A DNA stretch of 64,000 nucleotides from Kordiimonadaceae bacterium (lineage in GTDB: Bacteria > Pseudomonadota > Alphaproteobacteria > Sphingomonadales > Emcibacteraceae), in NCBI GenBank assembly GCA_018675425.1, contig JABGYD010000057.1, forward strand, positions 34,339 to 98,338, in the 5' to 3' direction. Shown piece after piece: positions 37,435 to 47,513 of the stretch (position 1 is the stretch's first letter; each line of letters opens with the position of its first letter). The notes below the pieces were generated by a model. It was not told the origin of the DNA, ran no database searches, and saw only the letters and a program-made list of their open reading frames with translations. The position numbers and the translations under genes were made by a program.

Positions 37435-38619
37435 ATGGCTAAAACACAAACTTCCAATTTGAGTAGAGTACCAAATTATAATCTTTGGCGAATAATTTCC
37501 TTCATAATAACGGCGGTTCTTGTTGCAGTAATTAATCATACTGCCGGCCTGGCTCATGCCTTGCTATCGTTAGTAGGTGTTATGATTGGACTTACCCTTG
37601 TCTTTGGTAATTTTGGCTTTACGGGTGGTTGGTCATCTTGGATCACTCAACGTGATGGACGCGGGCTTCGCGCGCAAATGCTTATTCTGGCCCTTGCATC
37701 AGCAGTCTTTTATCCTATTCTCGCACACGGAAGTTTATTTGGTTCTGACGTGATTGGCTTTGTTGTTCCTTTTGGTATAGCCACAATTTTTGGAAGTTTT
37801 CTCTTTGGAGTTGGGATGCAACTTGGTGGATGCTGTGCTTCAGGAGTTCTTTCGTGGGCAGGAGCCGGAAGTGCGCGTATATTTATCACGCTTTTAGGGT
37901 TTATTATTGGGGGGGTTTGGGGTGCTTATGATATTGCTTTCTGGCGGAGTTTACCAAACGTAAGTGTCGACTTAACTTCTCAGTTCGGGGTTGTAGGTGG
38001 ACTTGGCCTAACCCTATCGATTTGTGCTTTTGTAGTCTTGATAACGCTTGTATTTGAAAAGCGCCGTCACGGTAAAGTCTTAGCTTATAATGAGGAGAAG
38101 GACGATGGGGTGCGGGGATGGAAACGACTTGTAAAGGGTCACTGGCCGATCCTATCTGTTATACTTTTACTTGTTTTAGCTAACTTCTTAACACTCCTTT
38201 TAGCGGGTCGCCCTTGGGGTGTGACAAGTGCATTTGTTTTGTGGGGCTCGAAAGCATTAAGTCTAACTGGTGTTGATGTGACGAGTTGGGTTTATTGGAA
38301 AAACTCTGCTGCATTAGATCAATCAATTTTCTTTGATATTACCTCTGTTATGAACTTAGGGATATTTTTAGGTTCTTTCATAGCAGCTCACTTGATGGGT
38401 ACTTATAAGTTAAGGTGGAATATCAGTTTTAAACTTATAGTTGTTTCATTGGTGGGCGGCCTGATGCTGGGCTATGGCTCTCGTATTGCCTACGGTTGTA
38501 ATATTGGAGCGTTCTTTAGTGGTGTTAGTAGTGCAAGTTTAAGTGGATGGGTTTGGTTTATCTCTGCTTTCATAGGTAATATTGTTGGAACCCGTATAAA
38601 AAAACGAATGTTGTATTAG
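37435..38619 (+). CDS. YeeE/YedE-family sulfur-compound (thiosulfate-type) transporter
   Basis: 394 aa polytopic protein. It has two homologous halves, each with the conserved Cys loop (QLGGCCASG; YGCNIGAFFSG). Confidence 0.75.
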   Translation: MAKTQTSNLSRVPNYNLWRIISFIITAVLVAVINHTAGLAHALLSLVGVMIGLTLVFGNFGFTGGWSSWITQRDGRGLRAQMLILALASAVFYPILAHGSLFGSDVIGFVVPFGIATIFGSFLFGVGMQLGGCCASGVLSWAGAGSARIFITLLGFIIGGVWGAYDIAFWRSLPNVSVDLTSQFGVVGGLGLTLSICAFVVLITLVFEKRRHGKVLAYNEEKDDGVRGWKRLVKGHWPILSVILLLVLANFLTLLLAGRPWGVTSAFVLWGSKALSLTGVDVTSWVYWKNSAALDQSIFFDITSVMNLGIFLGSFIAAHLMGTYKLRWNISFKLIVVSLVGGLMLGYGSRIAYGCNIGAFFSGVSSASLSGWVWFISAFIGNIVGTRIKKRMLY

Positions 38620-38728
38620 GTTTTTTATCTCTTATTGGCGATTATATTTCCACTTCTGATACCTTTATCTTGGCTCTTTTCTCTTCAGTAAAACTAGTCC
38701 AATTTATGATTTTATAGGAAAAATAAAA

Positions 38729-40216
38729 ATGTACATAAAGCTAATAATCAACTTTACAATGCTTCTAATTTTCACTTTAAGTGGAAGCGCGATGGCCCAA
38801 GAAAAAGAACCTAATTTTACTCGGATACAACCAGATACGTTTGGTGGAAATATGGCATTATCAAATGCTTGGGGGGATTATGATAATGATGGCGATCTTG
38901 ATTTGGTTATATCGTTCAAAACTGGCGATGTAAGGCTTTATAATAATGAGTTTGGTGGATTTACAAATTTAGGCCCAGTTCTAGGACTACCTACAGGTGG
39001 AAAAGAAAGAAGGTCTATTGCTTGGGGCGATTATAACGCTGATGGCTACCTTGACCTTTATGTTGGTAGTAACCGCCAGGGCAATGAACTTTATCGTAAC
39101 GAAAAATCACAAAGTTTCACTGATGTTTCAAGGCAGATGCGTGTCGATATACCGCAAGTTAGCGCACGTCAAATTAATTGGATTGACTATGATAACAATG
39201 GTACTTTGGACCTCTTCGTCGCTGATAGAGTTGGGCCTAACTTTCTGTTTAGCAACGACGGCCAGAAATTCGTTGATGTGAGTGTTGAAACAGGCTTGGC
39301 GGATCCACGCGCCACGGTTGGCGCGTGTTGGTTTGATTACAATAGTGACGGTTTTTTGGATCTATTTTTGGCAAATCAAGGCGAAGGTAAAGACGCTCTT
39401 TACAAAAATGAAGGCGGTCATTTTACTGACATAGCCGCTACACTTGGCTTGGAAGGCGGCCTCAGAACTCGCAGCGAGGGAGGTGTTGATTGTGCAGTGG
39501 GAGATTATAATAATGATGGTCACCTTGATTTGTTCGTCGCAACATATGGTATTAATAAACTTTACAAAAATAAAGGTGATGGAACTTTCGATGAAGTAAG
39601 CAGCGAAATGGGCATTGAGGGACATGATCATATGGTGGGTGCAAGTTGGGGTGATTATGATAATGACGGCTTATTGGACCTATACGCTGCTGGATATCAT
39701 CAAAATGAAGAGGGTGTAAGGTCACCTCATGACCGACTGTTCCATAACGATGCTAATCGCTTTACTGAAGTTGATACTCACAGAACATCTCTTAGTGGCG
39801 CTGATCATGGTATTCAGTGGGCAGATTATGACAATGATGGTGATTTAGATATTTCTCTTACCGAGGGATATAATATTGCTGGGCGTCATCCAGTTTTGAG
39901 AAATAATATTTCTAATGAAGCACGAAAAAAATCATTACAGATTACGGTTGCCGATAAGAATGGCGTGTTAAATCGTGCCGGCTCAGAAGTGCGAATATAT
40001 AACTTGAAGGGGTTACTTCTTGGTTTGCGGATGGTTGCTACAGGTGACGGTTATAACAGTCAAAGTAATCAACCAGTTCACTTCGCATTGCCTAATCAAA
40101 GTGAGGTCATCGTTGAGGTTACATTTTTAACCAAGCAGGGCAGAAAAACTCAAATTATAAAAAATGTAAATCCAACTGACTTTGTTGGTAAGTCATTTGT
40201 TATTAGACAAAAATAG
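38729..40216 (+). CDS. Secreted FG-GAP/VCBS-repeat protein with a C-terminal UnbV/ASPIC domain (CRTAC1 family)
   Basis: Signal peptide and about seven repeats of WGDYDNDGDLDL-type FG-GAP calcium loops. The C-terminal beta domain contains GDGYNSQSNQPVHFAL. Confidence 0.75.
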   Translation: MYIKLIINFTMLLIFTLSGSAMAQEKEPNFTRIQPDTFGGNMALSNAWGDYDNDGDLDLVISFKTGDVRLYNNEFGGFTNLGPVLGLPTGGKERRSIAWGDYNADGYLDLYVGSNRQGNELYRNEKSQSFTDVSRQMRVDIPQVSARQINWIDYDNNGTLDLFVADRVGPNFLFSNDGQKFVDVSVETGLADPRATVGACWFDYNSDGFLDLFLANQGEGKDALYKNEGGHFTDIAATLGLEGGLRTRSEGGVDCAVGDYNNDGHLDLFVATYGINKLYKNKGDGTFDEVSSEMGIEGHDHMVGASWGDYDNDGLLDLYAAGYHQNEEGVRSPHDRLFHNDANRFTEVDTHRTSLSGADHGIQWADYDNDGDLDISLTEGYNIAGRHPVLRNNISNEARKKSLQITVADKNGVLNRAGSEVRIYNLKGLLLGLRMVATGDGYNSQSNQPVHFALPNQSEVIVEVTFLTKQGRKTQIIKNVNPTDFVGKSFVIRQK

Positions 40217-40254
40217 ACGATTGAAATAAACACTTAAAAAAGGGAATAAGAGCT

Positions 40255-42006
40255 ATGCTCAGAAAACTTATAATATTATTAGTTGCATCAAATTTTACTG
40301 TAACGAATATTGCAATTTCTTTTGCACAAGAACAATCATCTGAACCATTATTTGAATATAGTGAGATTAATCATCCGGTGATTGGCAGTAAAGGTATGGT
40401 AGCCAGTCATAATGCGCTTTCGAGCGAGATAACTGCTGAAATTATGCGCAACGGGGGAAATGCGATTGATGCTGGTGCGGCTCTTGGTTTTGCTCTAGCA
40501 GTCACCCTCCCACGCGCGGGTAATGTCGGCGGTGGTGGTTTTATGCTTATTCATGTTGCTAAATTAAACAAAACAATCGCCGTTGATTTTAGAGAGTTTG
40601 CCCCAGAAGCAGCTAATAAAAATATGTTTTTTGATAAAAACGGTGAAGTCGCCGTTATGGACCCTTCCTATCGGTTTTCACATAAATCTTCGGCTGTCCC
40701 AGGTTCTGTTGCAGGTCTTGCACATATCGTAGAAAATTATGGTACAATGACTCTCGCAGAAGTATTGGAGCCTGCCATTCGTCTTGCCCGTGATGGGATA
40801 GTCGTGACCTATGATTTAGCGGCAGACCTTTCCAGAAGCGTGCGTCTCAAAAACAACGCTGCAGCGCTAAAGAAATTCTATAAACCCGATGGCTCAAATT
40901 ACGAAGTTGGCGAACTATTTAAGCAACCTGACCTTGCGTGGACATTGTCTGAAATAGCGCAAAACGGCGTTGATGCCTTTTATAAAGGAAGTATTGCGGA
41001 GAAAATCGTTGCCGATATGGAAGCACATAACGGCATAATTACCATGAAAGACCTCGCAGCTTATAAAGTGATTGAACGTGAGCCTGTTCGTGGTACATTC
41101 CGTGATTATGACATAGTTGCTGTTCCAGCACCTAGTTCGGGTGGTACTCATGTGATCCAAATGTTGAATATTCTGGAAAATTTTCCCCTCAAGGAAATGG
41201 GTCCGGGTAGTGCGGAGGCTATTCATGTTACGGCAGAGGCTATGAAATTAGCATTTGCTGATCGTAGTAAATATCTTGGTGACCCGGACTTCGTTGATAT
41301 TCCAACCGAAGCTCTTATCAATAAAGAATACGCAAAATCACTGGCAGCAAAAATATCTTTGGACAGAGCGACTCCATCAGAAGAAATAGCACCGGGCAAC
41401 CTAAGTATTTATGAAAGCGACGAAACAACTCACTATTCGGTGGTGGATAGTGAAGGAAACATGGTGGGTAATACATATACACTAATGTTCTCATTTGGGT
41501 CTGGTGTAGTTATTGAAGGTACAGGTATTTTAATGAATAACAATCTAGGAAACTTTACATTAAGGCCGGATATTCCCGATGCCTTTGGTTTGATGGGTAG
41601 TGAAAATAATATGATCAGTCCTTTTCGTCGCCCGGTTAGTTCCATGTCACCCGTACTGGTTTCCAAAAATGGTATACCATTTCTCATGACAGGAACACCC
41701 GGCGGTTCGAAAATTATCAGTGCAAATATGCAAATGATTCTGAATGTACTCGAATACGGAATGAATATTGGTGATGCCTCGGTCGCACCAAGAATTCATC
41801 ACCAATGGTACCCTGAAGAATTATTACTCGAGGGCGGAATAAGCCCTGATACGATATCTTTATTGCGTCAAAAAGGTCATAAAATAAACTTCAATAAAAA
41901 TAGTGCCGGCATGGGTAGCCTTCAAAGCGTTATGTCTAAAGATGGACTATTTTATGGTTATTCTGACCCAAGACGTCCTGGTGCAAAAGCAGTTGGCGTT
42001 GAATAG
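40255..42006 (+). CDS. ggt: Gamma-glutamyltranspeptidase (periplasmic)
   Basis: Signal peptide, GGGGFML, the autoprocessing/nucleophile Thr in ETTHYSVVD, and TGTPGGSKII. Confidence 0.9.
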   Translation: MLRKLIILLVASNFTVTNIAISFAQEQSSEPLFEYSEINHPVIGSKGMVASHNALSSEITAEIMRNGGNAIDAGAALGFALAVTLPRAGNVGGGGFMLIHVAKLNKTIAVDFREFAPEAANKNMFFDKNGEVAVMDPSYRFSHKSSAVPGSVAGLAHIVENYGTMTLAEVLEPAIRLARDGIVVTYDLAADLSRSVRLKNNAAALKKFYKPDGSNYEVGELFKQPDLAWTLSEIAQNGVDAFYKGSIAEKIVADMEAHNGIITMKDLAAYKVIEREPVRGTFRDYDIVAVPAPSSGGTHVIQMLNILENFPLKEMGPGSAEAIHVTAEAMKLAFADRSKYLGDPDFVDIPTEALINKEYAKSLAAKISLDRATPSEEIAPGNLSIYESDETTHYSVVDSEGNMVGNTYTLMFSFGSGVVIEGTGILMNNNLGNFTLRPDIPDAFGLMGSENNMISPFRRPVSSMSPVLVSKNGIPFLMTGTPGGSKIISANMQMILNVLEYGMNIGDASVAPRIHHQWYPEELLLEGGISPDTISLLRQKGHKINFNKNSAGMGSLQSVMSKDGLFYGYSDPRRPGAKAVGVE

Positions 42007-42109
42007 TAATATATTTAAATAAACATTTCACAACATAGCCTTAAGAAGGTTTATCTCGGCCTTTTTCCGCTTAAATACTTGGCTTAAGAAAAAAAATATA
42101 AAGTAATTA

Positions 42110-43252
42110 TTATTTTTTTATTCCAAATTCGAATATTGTTGTAGTCTTGTATTGTTCTCCCGGTCGTAATTCTGTAGTGGGAAAGTTATGTTGATTAGGG
42201 CTGTTTGGAAAATGTTGTGTTTCTAAGCAAAATGCATTTCTGTGGTTATAAAATGTCCCATTTTTTCCTTTAATACTGCCATCTAAGAAATTACCTGTAT
42301 AAAACTGAATGCCAGGCTGATCAGTATAAACGTTTATAAATTTACCAGTTTTGGGTGAGTACACAGTTGCTGCTAAATTAATTGTATTCTCATCTGATTT
42401 ATTTAAGACCCAGTTATGATCAAACCCTAGTCCAAAACTTAGTTGCGGATCATCTATACTAATATCACGACCAATTGGTTTTGAGGTTTGAAAATCCATT
42501 GGCGTTCCCTTCACGGCGGCTATCTCACCAGTAGGAATTAGAGTGTTATCCACTGGAGTATAATGAGAGGCATTTATCATCACTTCGTGATCAAGAATAG
42601 ACCCTGAATTATGACCATCTAAATTAAAATAAGTGTGGTTTGTCAAATTAATAACCGTGGTTTTGTCAGTTGTAGCCAAATAAGTAATAGTTAATTTGTT
42701 TTGATCATCAAAACGATATGTGACAATTGTTGATATTGTGCCTGGGTATCCTTGATCTCCATCTTTGCTGATTAGAGATAATTCTAACTGTGCTTCATTA
42801 TCCACTGTGGAAGCTGAACTTTCCCAAATTCGTTTGTCGAAGCCTATTATGCCACCGTGGAGGGTATTTTCAAAATTATTAACAGGGAGTGAATATTCGA
42901 CCTCATCAATTGTAAACTTTCCTTTGGCAATGCGATTAGCATAACGTCCAATCAACGCCCCCATATAAGGACTGTCAGTTAAATATTGCTGGGGGTTATT
43001 AAATCCTAGAGCAATGTCAGAAAATTCACCATTGTGGTCAGCTACATTGATTGACTTTATAATTCCACCTAAGTCCAGAATTTCGATGCTATTACCGATT
43101 TTATTCTTAAGCGTATAAACTTTCACGGTGCGGCCATCATCTAAAAGGCCAAACCTTTTTACCTCCATCCGTTCTATTTCTTCGTTATTCATGGCTAATA
43201 TTTGCTGCAATGAAAAACCTGCTGTTAAAATTATTAATAGAAATTTTATCAT
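42110..43252 (-). CDS. galM: Aldose 1-epimerase (galactose mutarotase), apparently with a signal peptide
   Basis: GRYANRIAKGKF, NTLHGG and FCLETQHFPNSPN blocks. The N-terminal MIKFLLIILTAGFSLQQILA looks like a Sec signal. Confidence 0.85.
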   Translation of the reverse strand: MIKFLLIILTAGFSLQQILAMNNEEIERMEVKRFGLLDDGRTVKVYTLKNKIGNSIEILDLGGIIKSINVADHNGEFSDIALGFNNPQQYLTDSPYMGALIGRYANRIAKGKFTIDEVEYSLPVNNFENTLHGGIIGFDKRIWESSASTVDNEAQLELSLISKDGDQGYPGTISTIVTYRFDDQNKLTITYLATTDKTTVINLTNHTYFNLDGHNSGSILDHEVMINASHYTPVDNTLIPTGEIAAVKGTPMDFQTSKPIGRDISIDDPQLSFGLGFDHNWVLNKSDENTINLAATVYSPKTGKFINVYTDQPGIQFYTGNFLDGSIKGKNGTFYNHRNAFCLETQHFPNSPNQHNFPTTELRPGEQYKTTTIFEFGIKK

Positions 43253-43272
43253 TTTTTTCTCTCACAATTACC

Positions 43273-44445
43273 TCAACTAAATATACCTTGGACTGTCTCA
43301 ACACCACGGGTTGGTTGGTTCAGGTATATACAAGCTTTTAGTCCTGTTTGATATGGGTACTGACTTTGAATCTGTTGACGAACGCCCTCCACTGAACTAG
43401 CGGGTAAAAGGGCAACGACACAGCCACCAAAACCTCCACCAGTCATACGTACGCCACCTGAAACGTTGATAAATTTGCTTATAATATTTACAAGAATATC
43501 GATTTCTGGAGTTGAAATTTCAAATAAATTCTTCATTGAGGTGTGGCTATCAGCCATGATACTGGATATTTCTTCTATATTAGTTTTACGCAATGCAGTT
43601 GCCATTTTTATGACCCGAGCATTTTCTGTTATAATGTGCTCAGCGCGTCGAGCTAACAGTTCAGGCATGCAGTTTTTTTGTGATAGAAATGTTTTCTCTG
43701 TGATATCACGAAGAGATTTGGCTCCCATGAACTCTGCGGCTTGTTGGCATTCTCGCCTCCTATCATTGTAAGCGCTAGTAGTCAGCTGTCTTTTTATGTT
43801 GGAATTTACAATCATTAAAGATAACGAGGTGGGAATTGTAATATTTGTTATTTTAAAATTTCGGCAATCTATCTGCAGTGCCTGTCCCTCTATGCCACAA
43901 GCAGAACTAAGTTGATCCATAATTCCACAGGAGAGACCTACAAATTCATTTTCGATTTTTTGACCAATTTGTGCCATCTTTAAATTATCTAAACTAAGAC
44001 CAAATAATTCACTCAATGTATTTAGAACTGCAATTTCGAGAGAGGCTGAGGAACTGAGGCCTGTCCCTTTAGGGATTGTTCCGCTAATGGTTAGTGCGCA
44101 GCCACCAAGTGAATAACCTTCCATTTTAAGAAAGTAGAACGCCCCACGGATATAATTTTTCCAAATATCATCATCGTGCGGTAATATGTCATCTTGAAGG
44201 TCGAAATGATCTACCTCATTATCGAAATCAAGGGCGGTTATTGAAACATTTGAACCCTCCTTTAATGATCCACAGACGCAAGTAAAAAAATCGATTGCAG
44301 TAGGGAGCACGAACCCATCATTATAATCAGTGTGCTCTCCCATTAGATTAACACGGCCAGGTGCAACACTTATTTTTGTTCCTAAACCTCTATGCAATTG
44401 ATGGTGATAAGATGAGGTTCTATTTATAAGTTTCTCTCTGTTCAT
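43273..44445 (-). CDS. galK: Galactokinase
   Basis: GRVNLMGEHTDYNDGFVLP signature, GLSSSASLE and GGGFGGC. Confidence 0.92.
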   Translation of the reverse strand: MNREKLINRTSSYHHQLHRGLGTKISVAPGRVNLMGEHTDYNDGFVLPTAIDFFTCVCGSLKEGSNVSITALDFDNEVDHFDLQDDILPHDDDIWKNYIRGAFYFLKMEGYSLGGCALTISGTIPKGTGLSSSASLEIAVLNTLSELFGLSLDNLKMAQIGQKIENEFVGLSCGIMDQLSSACGIEGQALQIDCRNFKITNITIPTSLSLMIVNSNIKRQLTTSAYNDRRRECQQAAEFMGAKSLRDITEKTFLSQKNCMPELLARRAEHIITENARVIKMATALRKTNIEEISSIMADSHTSMKNLFEISTPEIDILVNIISKFINVSGGVRMTGGGFGGCVVALLPASSVEGVRQQIQSQYPYQTGLKACIYLNQPTRGVETVQGIFS

Positions 44446-45488
44446 TTCGGGTTCTTTTTATAATGAACATCCGAAGCTTGACGAAGCATATTAGAAGCCT
44501 GTTCAGCAGAAATATCCCGTTGTGTTTCTCCGAGTAATTCATACCCGACCATAAATTTTTGTACAGTTGCTGAACGTAATAGCGGCGGGTAAAAGTGACC
44601 ATGCATGATCCAATGCTTTGAGCGTTCCCCCGCTGGCCGACAATGCCAACCCATACTATATGGAAATGAAGTATTAAAAAGATTATCGTATCGCGTTGTC
44701 AGACTTTTTATTATCTTTGCCAACGATTTTATCTCGCTTTTCTTTAAATCGTTCATGTGCGAAATTGGAGTGCGCGGCAGCAAAAGTGTTTCAAAGGGCC
44801 ATGCCGCCCAATAGGGTACGAGTACCACCCAATCATCATTTAAACAGACGATACGTTCATTTTTTTCAATTTCATCTTCAAGGTAATCTAGTAATAATGG
44901 ACGGTTATTTTTTTCGTAATATGCTTGCTGGTTCTTATTTTCACGTTCTACTTCATCTGGCAAATGACTACTTGCCCATACTTGACCATGGGGGTGTGGA
45001 TTAGAGCAACCATTGATTTCACCTTTATTTTCAAAAATCTGCACCCACTTATATTTTTCTTCTAAATCAGTATAAATTGTGCGCCAGGCATTTATGATTC
45101 CGATGAGGTTATTAAGTTCTAATTCTGGTAAAGTTTTAGAATGGTCAGGCGAGTAGCAGATCACTTTGCATGCTCCGTTGACAGTCTGTGATTTAAATAG
45201 TGGTTCAGAGGAACTTATTCTCTCATCATTTGCCTGAATAGCTGCGTAATCATTATCAAAGATATAACAACCATTATATTGATTGTTTGTTAACCCTGAT
45301 GCCCTTATATTACCTGGACAAAGATAACATTCTTTATCATATGAAGTACCTAAAGGTTCAGTCAGTGTTTCAGTTTTTCCGTTCCAGGGACGGTTGTTTC
45401 TTTGTGGGGAAACTAAAATCCATTTATCATTAAGGGGGTTATATCTACGGTGCGGACTTTGATGGATTTTATCGTTAGTTACGGGCAT
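44442..45488 (-). CDS. galT: Galactose-1-phosphate uridylyltransferase
   Basis: RRYNPL, CYLCPGN and the HPHGQVWA (HxH) active site. I trimmed the start to the ATG at 45488 (MPVTNDK...). The ORF track extends 27 more codons. Confidence 0.88.
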   Translation of the reverse strand: MPVTNDKIHQSPHRRYNPLNDKWILVSPQRNNRPWNGKTETLTEPLGTSYDKECYLCPGNIRASGLTNNQYNGCYIFDNDYAAIQANDERISSSEPLFKSQTVNGACKVICYSPDHSKTLPELELNNLIGIINAWRTIYTDLEEKYKWVQIFENKGEINGCSNPHPHGQVWASSHLPDEVERENKNQQAYYEKNNRPLLLDYLEDEIEKNERIVCLNDDWVVLVPYWAAWPFETLLLPRTPISHMNDLKKSEIKSLAKIIKSLTTRYDNLFNTSFPYSMGWHCRPAGERSKHWIMHGHFYPPLLRSATVQKFMVGYELLGETQRDISAEQASNMLRQASDVHYKKNPK

Positions 45489-45615
45489 TTTTATCTTTCT
45501 CATAGAGATGATACTGTTAATCATAATATACGATATTGTCAAAGCCGACTGTATATGGAATAGTCGCATTAACGGAAATAATGGTCAATAAAAATTAAGA
45601 AATTAGGTAGAAAAT

Positions 45616-47181
45616 TTGTTACTAGGAATTATAGATATATCAATTGTGGTGGCTTACACCATTTTTATCATTGTAATTGCACAGTATGTGAGCAGAGAGA
45701 AAGTTGGTCACTCCAAAAATGCTCAAGATTATTTTCTTGCGGGCAAGGCACTGCCATGGTGGGCTATTGGTGCATCGTTAATCGCAGCCAATATTTCTGC
45801 AGAACAAATCATTGGTATGTCAGGTTCAGGTTTTGTTATTGGTTTGGGTATAGCCTCATATGAATGGATGGGGGCTATCACTTTGTTAATAGTTGGCCGC
45901 TACTTTCTTCCCATTTTTCTGCAAAATGAAATTTATTCCATGCCGCAGTTTCTTGAAAAACGCTACGATGGCCGCGTAAGACTTGTTATGGCTATTTTCT
46001 GGCTTGGTCTTTATATTTTTGTAAATTTGACCTCTATATTATGGCTCGGTGCACTTGCAGTTAATGCAATTACTGGCATTGAACTTACGTATGGTCTTAT
46101 TATGTTGGGCGGTTGTGCAGTAGCCTATTCTTTGTATGGAGGTTTAAAGGCGGTGGCCCTTACTGACATTATTCAGGTAGCACTATTGGTGTTCGGTGGA
46201 TTGATGGTTTCTGCAATTTCTCTTAATCAAATTGGTGGGGAGCAAGGCGTTTGGGGAGGCTTTATAGAGCTGACTGAGCAACTTCCCGAAAAATTTGACA
46301 TGATTATCTCACCCGAAAGTGAGCATTATAAAGACTTGCCTGGTCTCTCGGTGCTCATTGGGGGTATGTGGATGATGAACCTCTCTTATTGGGGTTTTAA
46401 CCAATATGTTATTCAGCGAGCTCTTGCCGCTAAGAACCTTGCTGAAGCGCGAAAAGGAATTCTTTTTGCTTGTTTTTTGAAAATTTTGATGCCTGTTATT
46501 GTTGTACTACCCGGTATAGCGGCTGCATTAATTATACCTGATCTTGATGCCCCTGATCAAGCGTATCCTGAAATGATGAAGCTGTTACCAGTTGGTATCA
46601 AGGGACTTGTATTTGCTGCCCTGATTGCTGCCATATTATCCTCTTTAGGATCAATGATGAATTCGATTTCAACTATTTTTACTATGGATATTTATAGGCA
46701 AATAAAAACTAATGTTGATGATAATAAACTGGTTACTATTGGACGTGTGGCCGGACTTACTTCAATGGTCATTGCTATTATTATAGCAAAACCTCTGCTA
46801 GGAAATTTTTCACAAGCATTTCAGTTTATTCAAGAATTTACAGGGTTTTTTACACCTGGAATTGTTGTTATTTTTCTATTAGGATTATTTTGGAAAAAAG
46901 CTACAGCCAACAGTGCATTAGTCGCGGGTATAGGTTCCTTTGTCTTTTCAATTATTTTGCGAGAATATTGGCCTGACTTTCCCTTTATCGATCGGGTTGG
47001 TATTGTATTTATTCTTTGTGGTGTATTGGCTATTGCGATTTCATACATCGCACCAGAGCCTGAAATTAATAATACTATTATTAAATCAGAAAGTGATAGG
47101 GATACAGTCGACAGCGCCTTCATAATAGGTAGTATCGCAATCACCATAATTATATCCTCGCTTTACATAACTTGGTGGTAG
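45616..47181 (+). CDS. SGLT-type sodium/sugar (galactose/glucose) symporter
   Basis: 521 aa with a TTG start. It has the SSS block YFLAGKALPWWAIGASLIAANISAEQIIGMSGSG and is divergent from galTKM. Confidence 0.8.
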   Translation: MLLGIIDISIVVAYTIFIIVIAQYVSREKVGHSKNAQDYFLAGKALPWWAIGASLIAANISAEQIIGMSGSGFVIGLGIASYEWMGAITLLIVGRYFLPIFLQNEIYSMPQFLEKRYDGRVRLVMAIFWLGLYIFVNLTSILWLGALAVNAITGIELTYGLIMLGGCAVAYSLYGGLKAVALTDIIQVALLVFGGLMVSAISLNQIGGEQGVWGGFIELTEQLPEKFDMIISPESEHYKDLPGLSVLIGGMWMMNLSYWGFNQYVIQRALAAKNLAEARKGILFACFLKILMPVIVVLPGIAAALIIPDLDAPDQAYPEMMKLLPVGIKGLVFAALIAAILSSLGSMMNSISTIFTMDIYRQIKTNVDDNKLVTIGRVAGLTSMVIAIIIAKPLLGNFSQAFQFIQEFTGFFTPGIVVIFLLGLFWKKATANSALVAGIGSFVFSIILREYWPDFPFIDRVGIVFILCGVLAIAISYIAPEPEINNTIIKSESDRDTVDSAFIIGSIAITIIISSLYITWW

Positions 47182-47513
47182 CGGTATTTCATCTTTAAAC
47201 TAGAAATACTATTTTAAAAAAAAGGTCTAGAAAAAAATAGTTTTAGTATGATTGAGCCGATCAAAAATAAAATAGATCTGGAGAGTTTGTTAAATCTTGG
47301 TACGCTGTAGTTTTAAAATATTATTACATTAACTTTTAAACTCAATTCATTTCAAGAGCCTTGATTGTTTAAACGATCTTAGAAAACTTTTCATTTATTA
47401 TTATTCATTGTGGACTGAACTGTTCTTCAAAATATACCTTAAGTTATTAGTTGTGAAAGTCACCAGGTGGTTGATATAGTCATTTTTACGTAATCAAAAA
47501 ACGAGGATTTAAA

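Noticed and set aside
42067-42073. A possible att-like duplicate of the tRNA-Ala 3' end marking the far border of an island.
   Set aside because: Only a 7-nt match (CCGCTTA) exists, which is expected by chance. No integrase or longer repeat was found.
42037-42088. Imperfect direct repeat GCCTTAAGAA / GGCTTAAGAA between the convergent ggt and galM genes.
   Set aside because: It is a 9-of-10 match built around the palindromic CTTAAG, and it is short and AT-rich. It is most likely a weak terminator region or chance.
47182-47513. A 332-bp spacer before the crotonase gene, examined for gene remnants, small ORFs or structured RNA.
   Set aside because: It contains only a 20-codon ORF (MIEPIKNKIDLESLLNLGTL) with no Shine-Dalgarno sequence and no notable stems or repeats. 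It is probably just an AT-rich promoter region.
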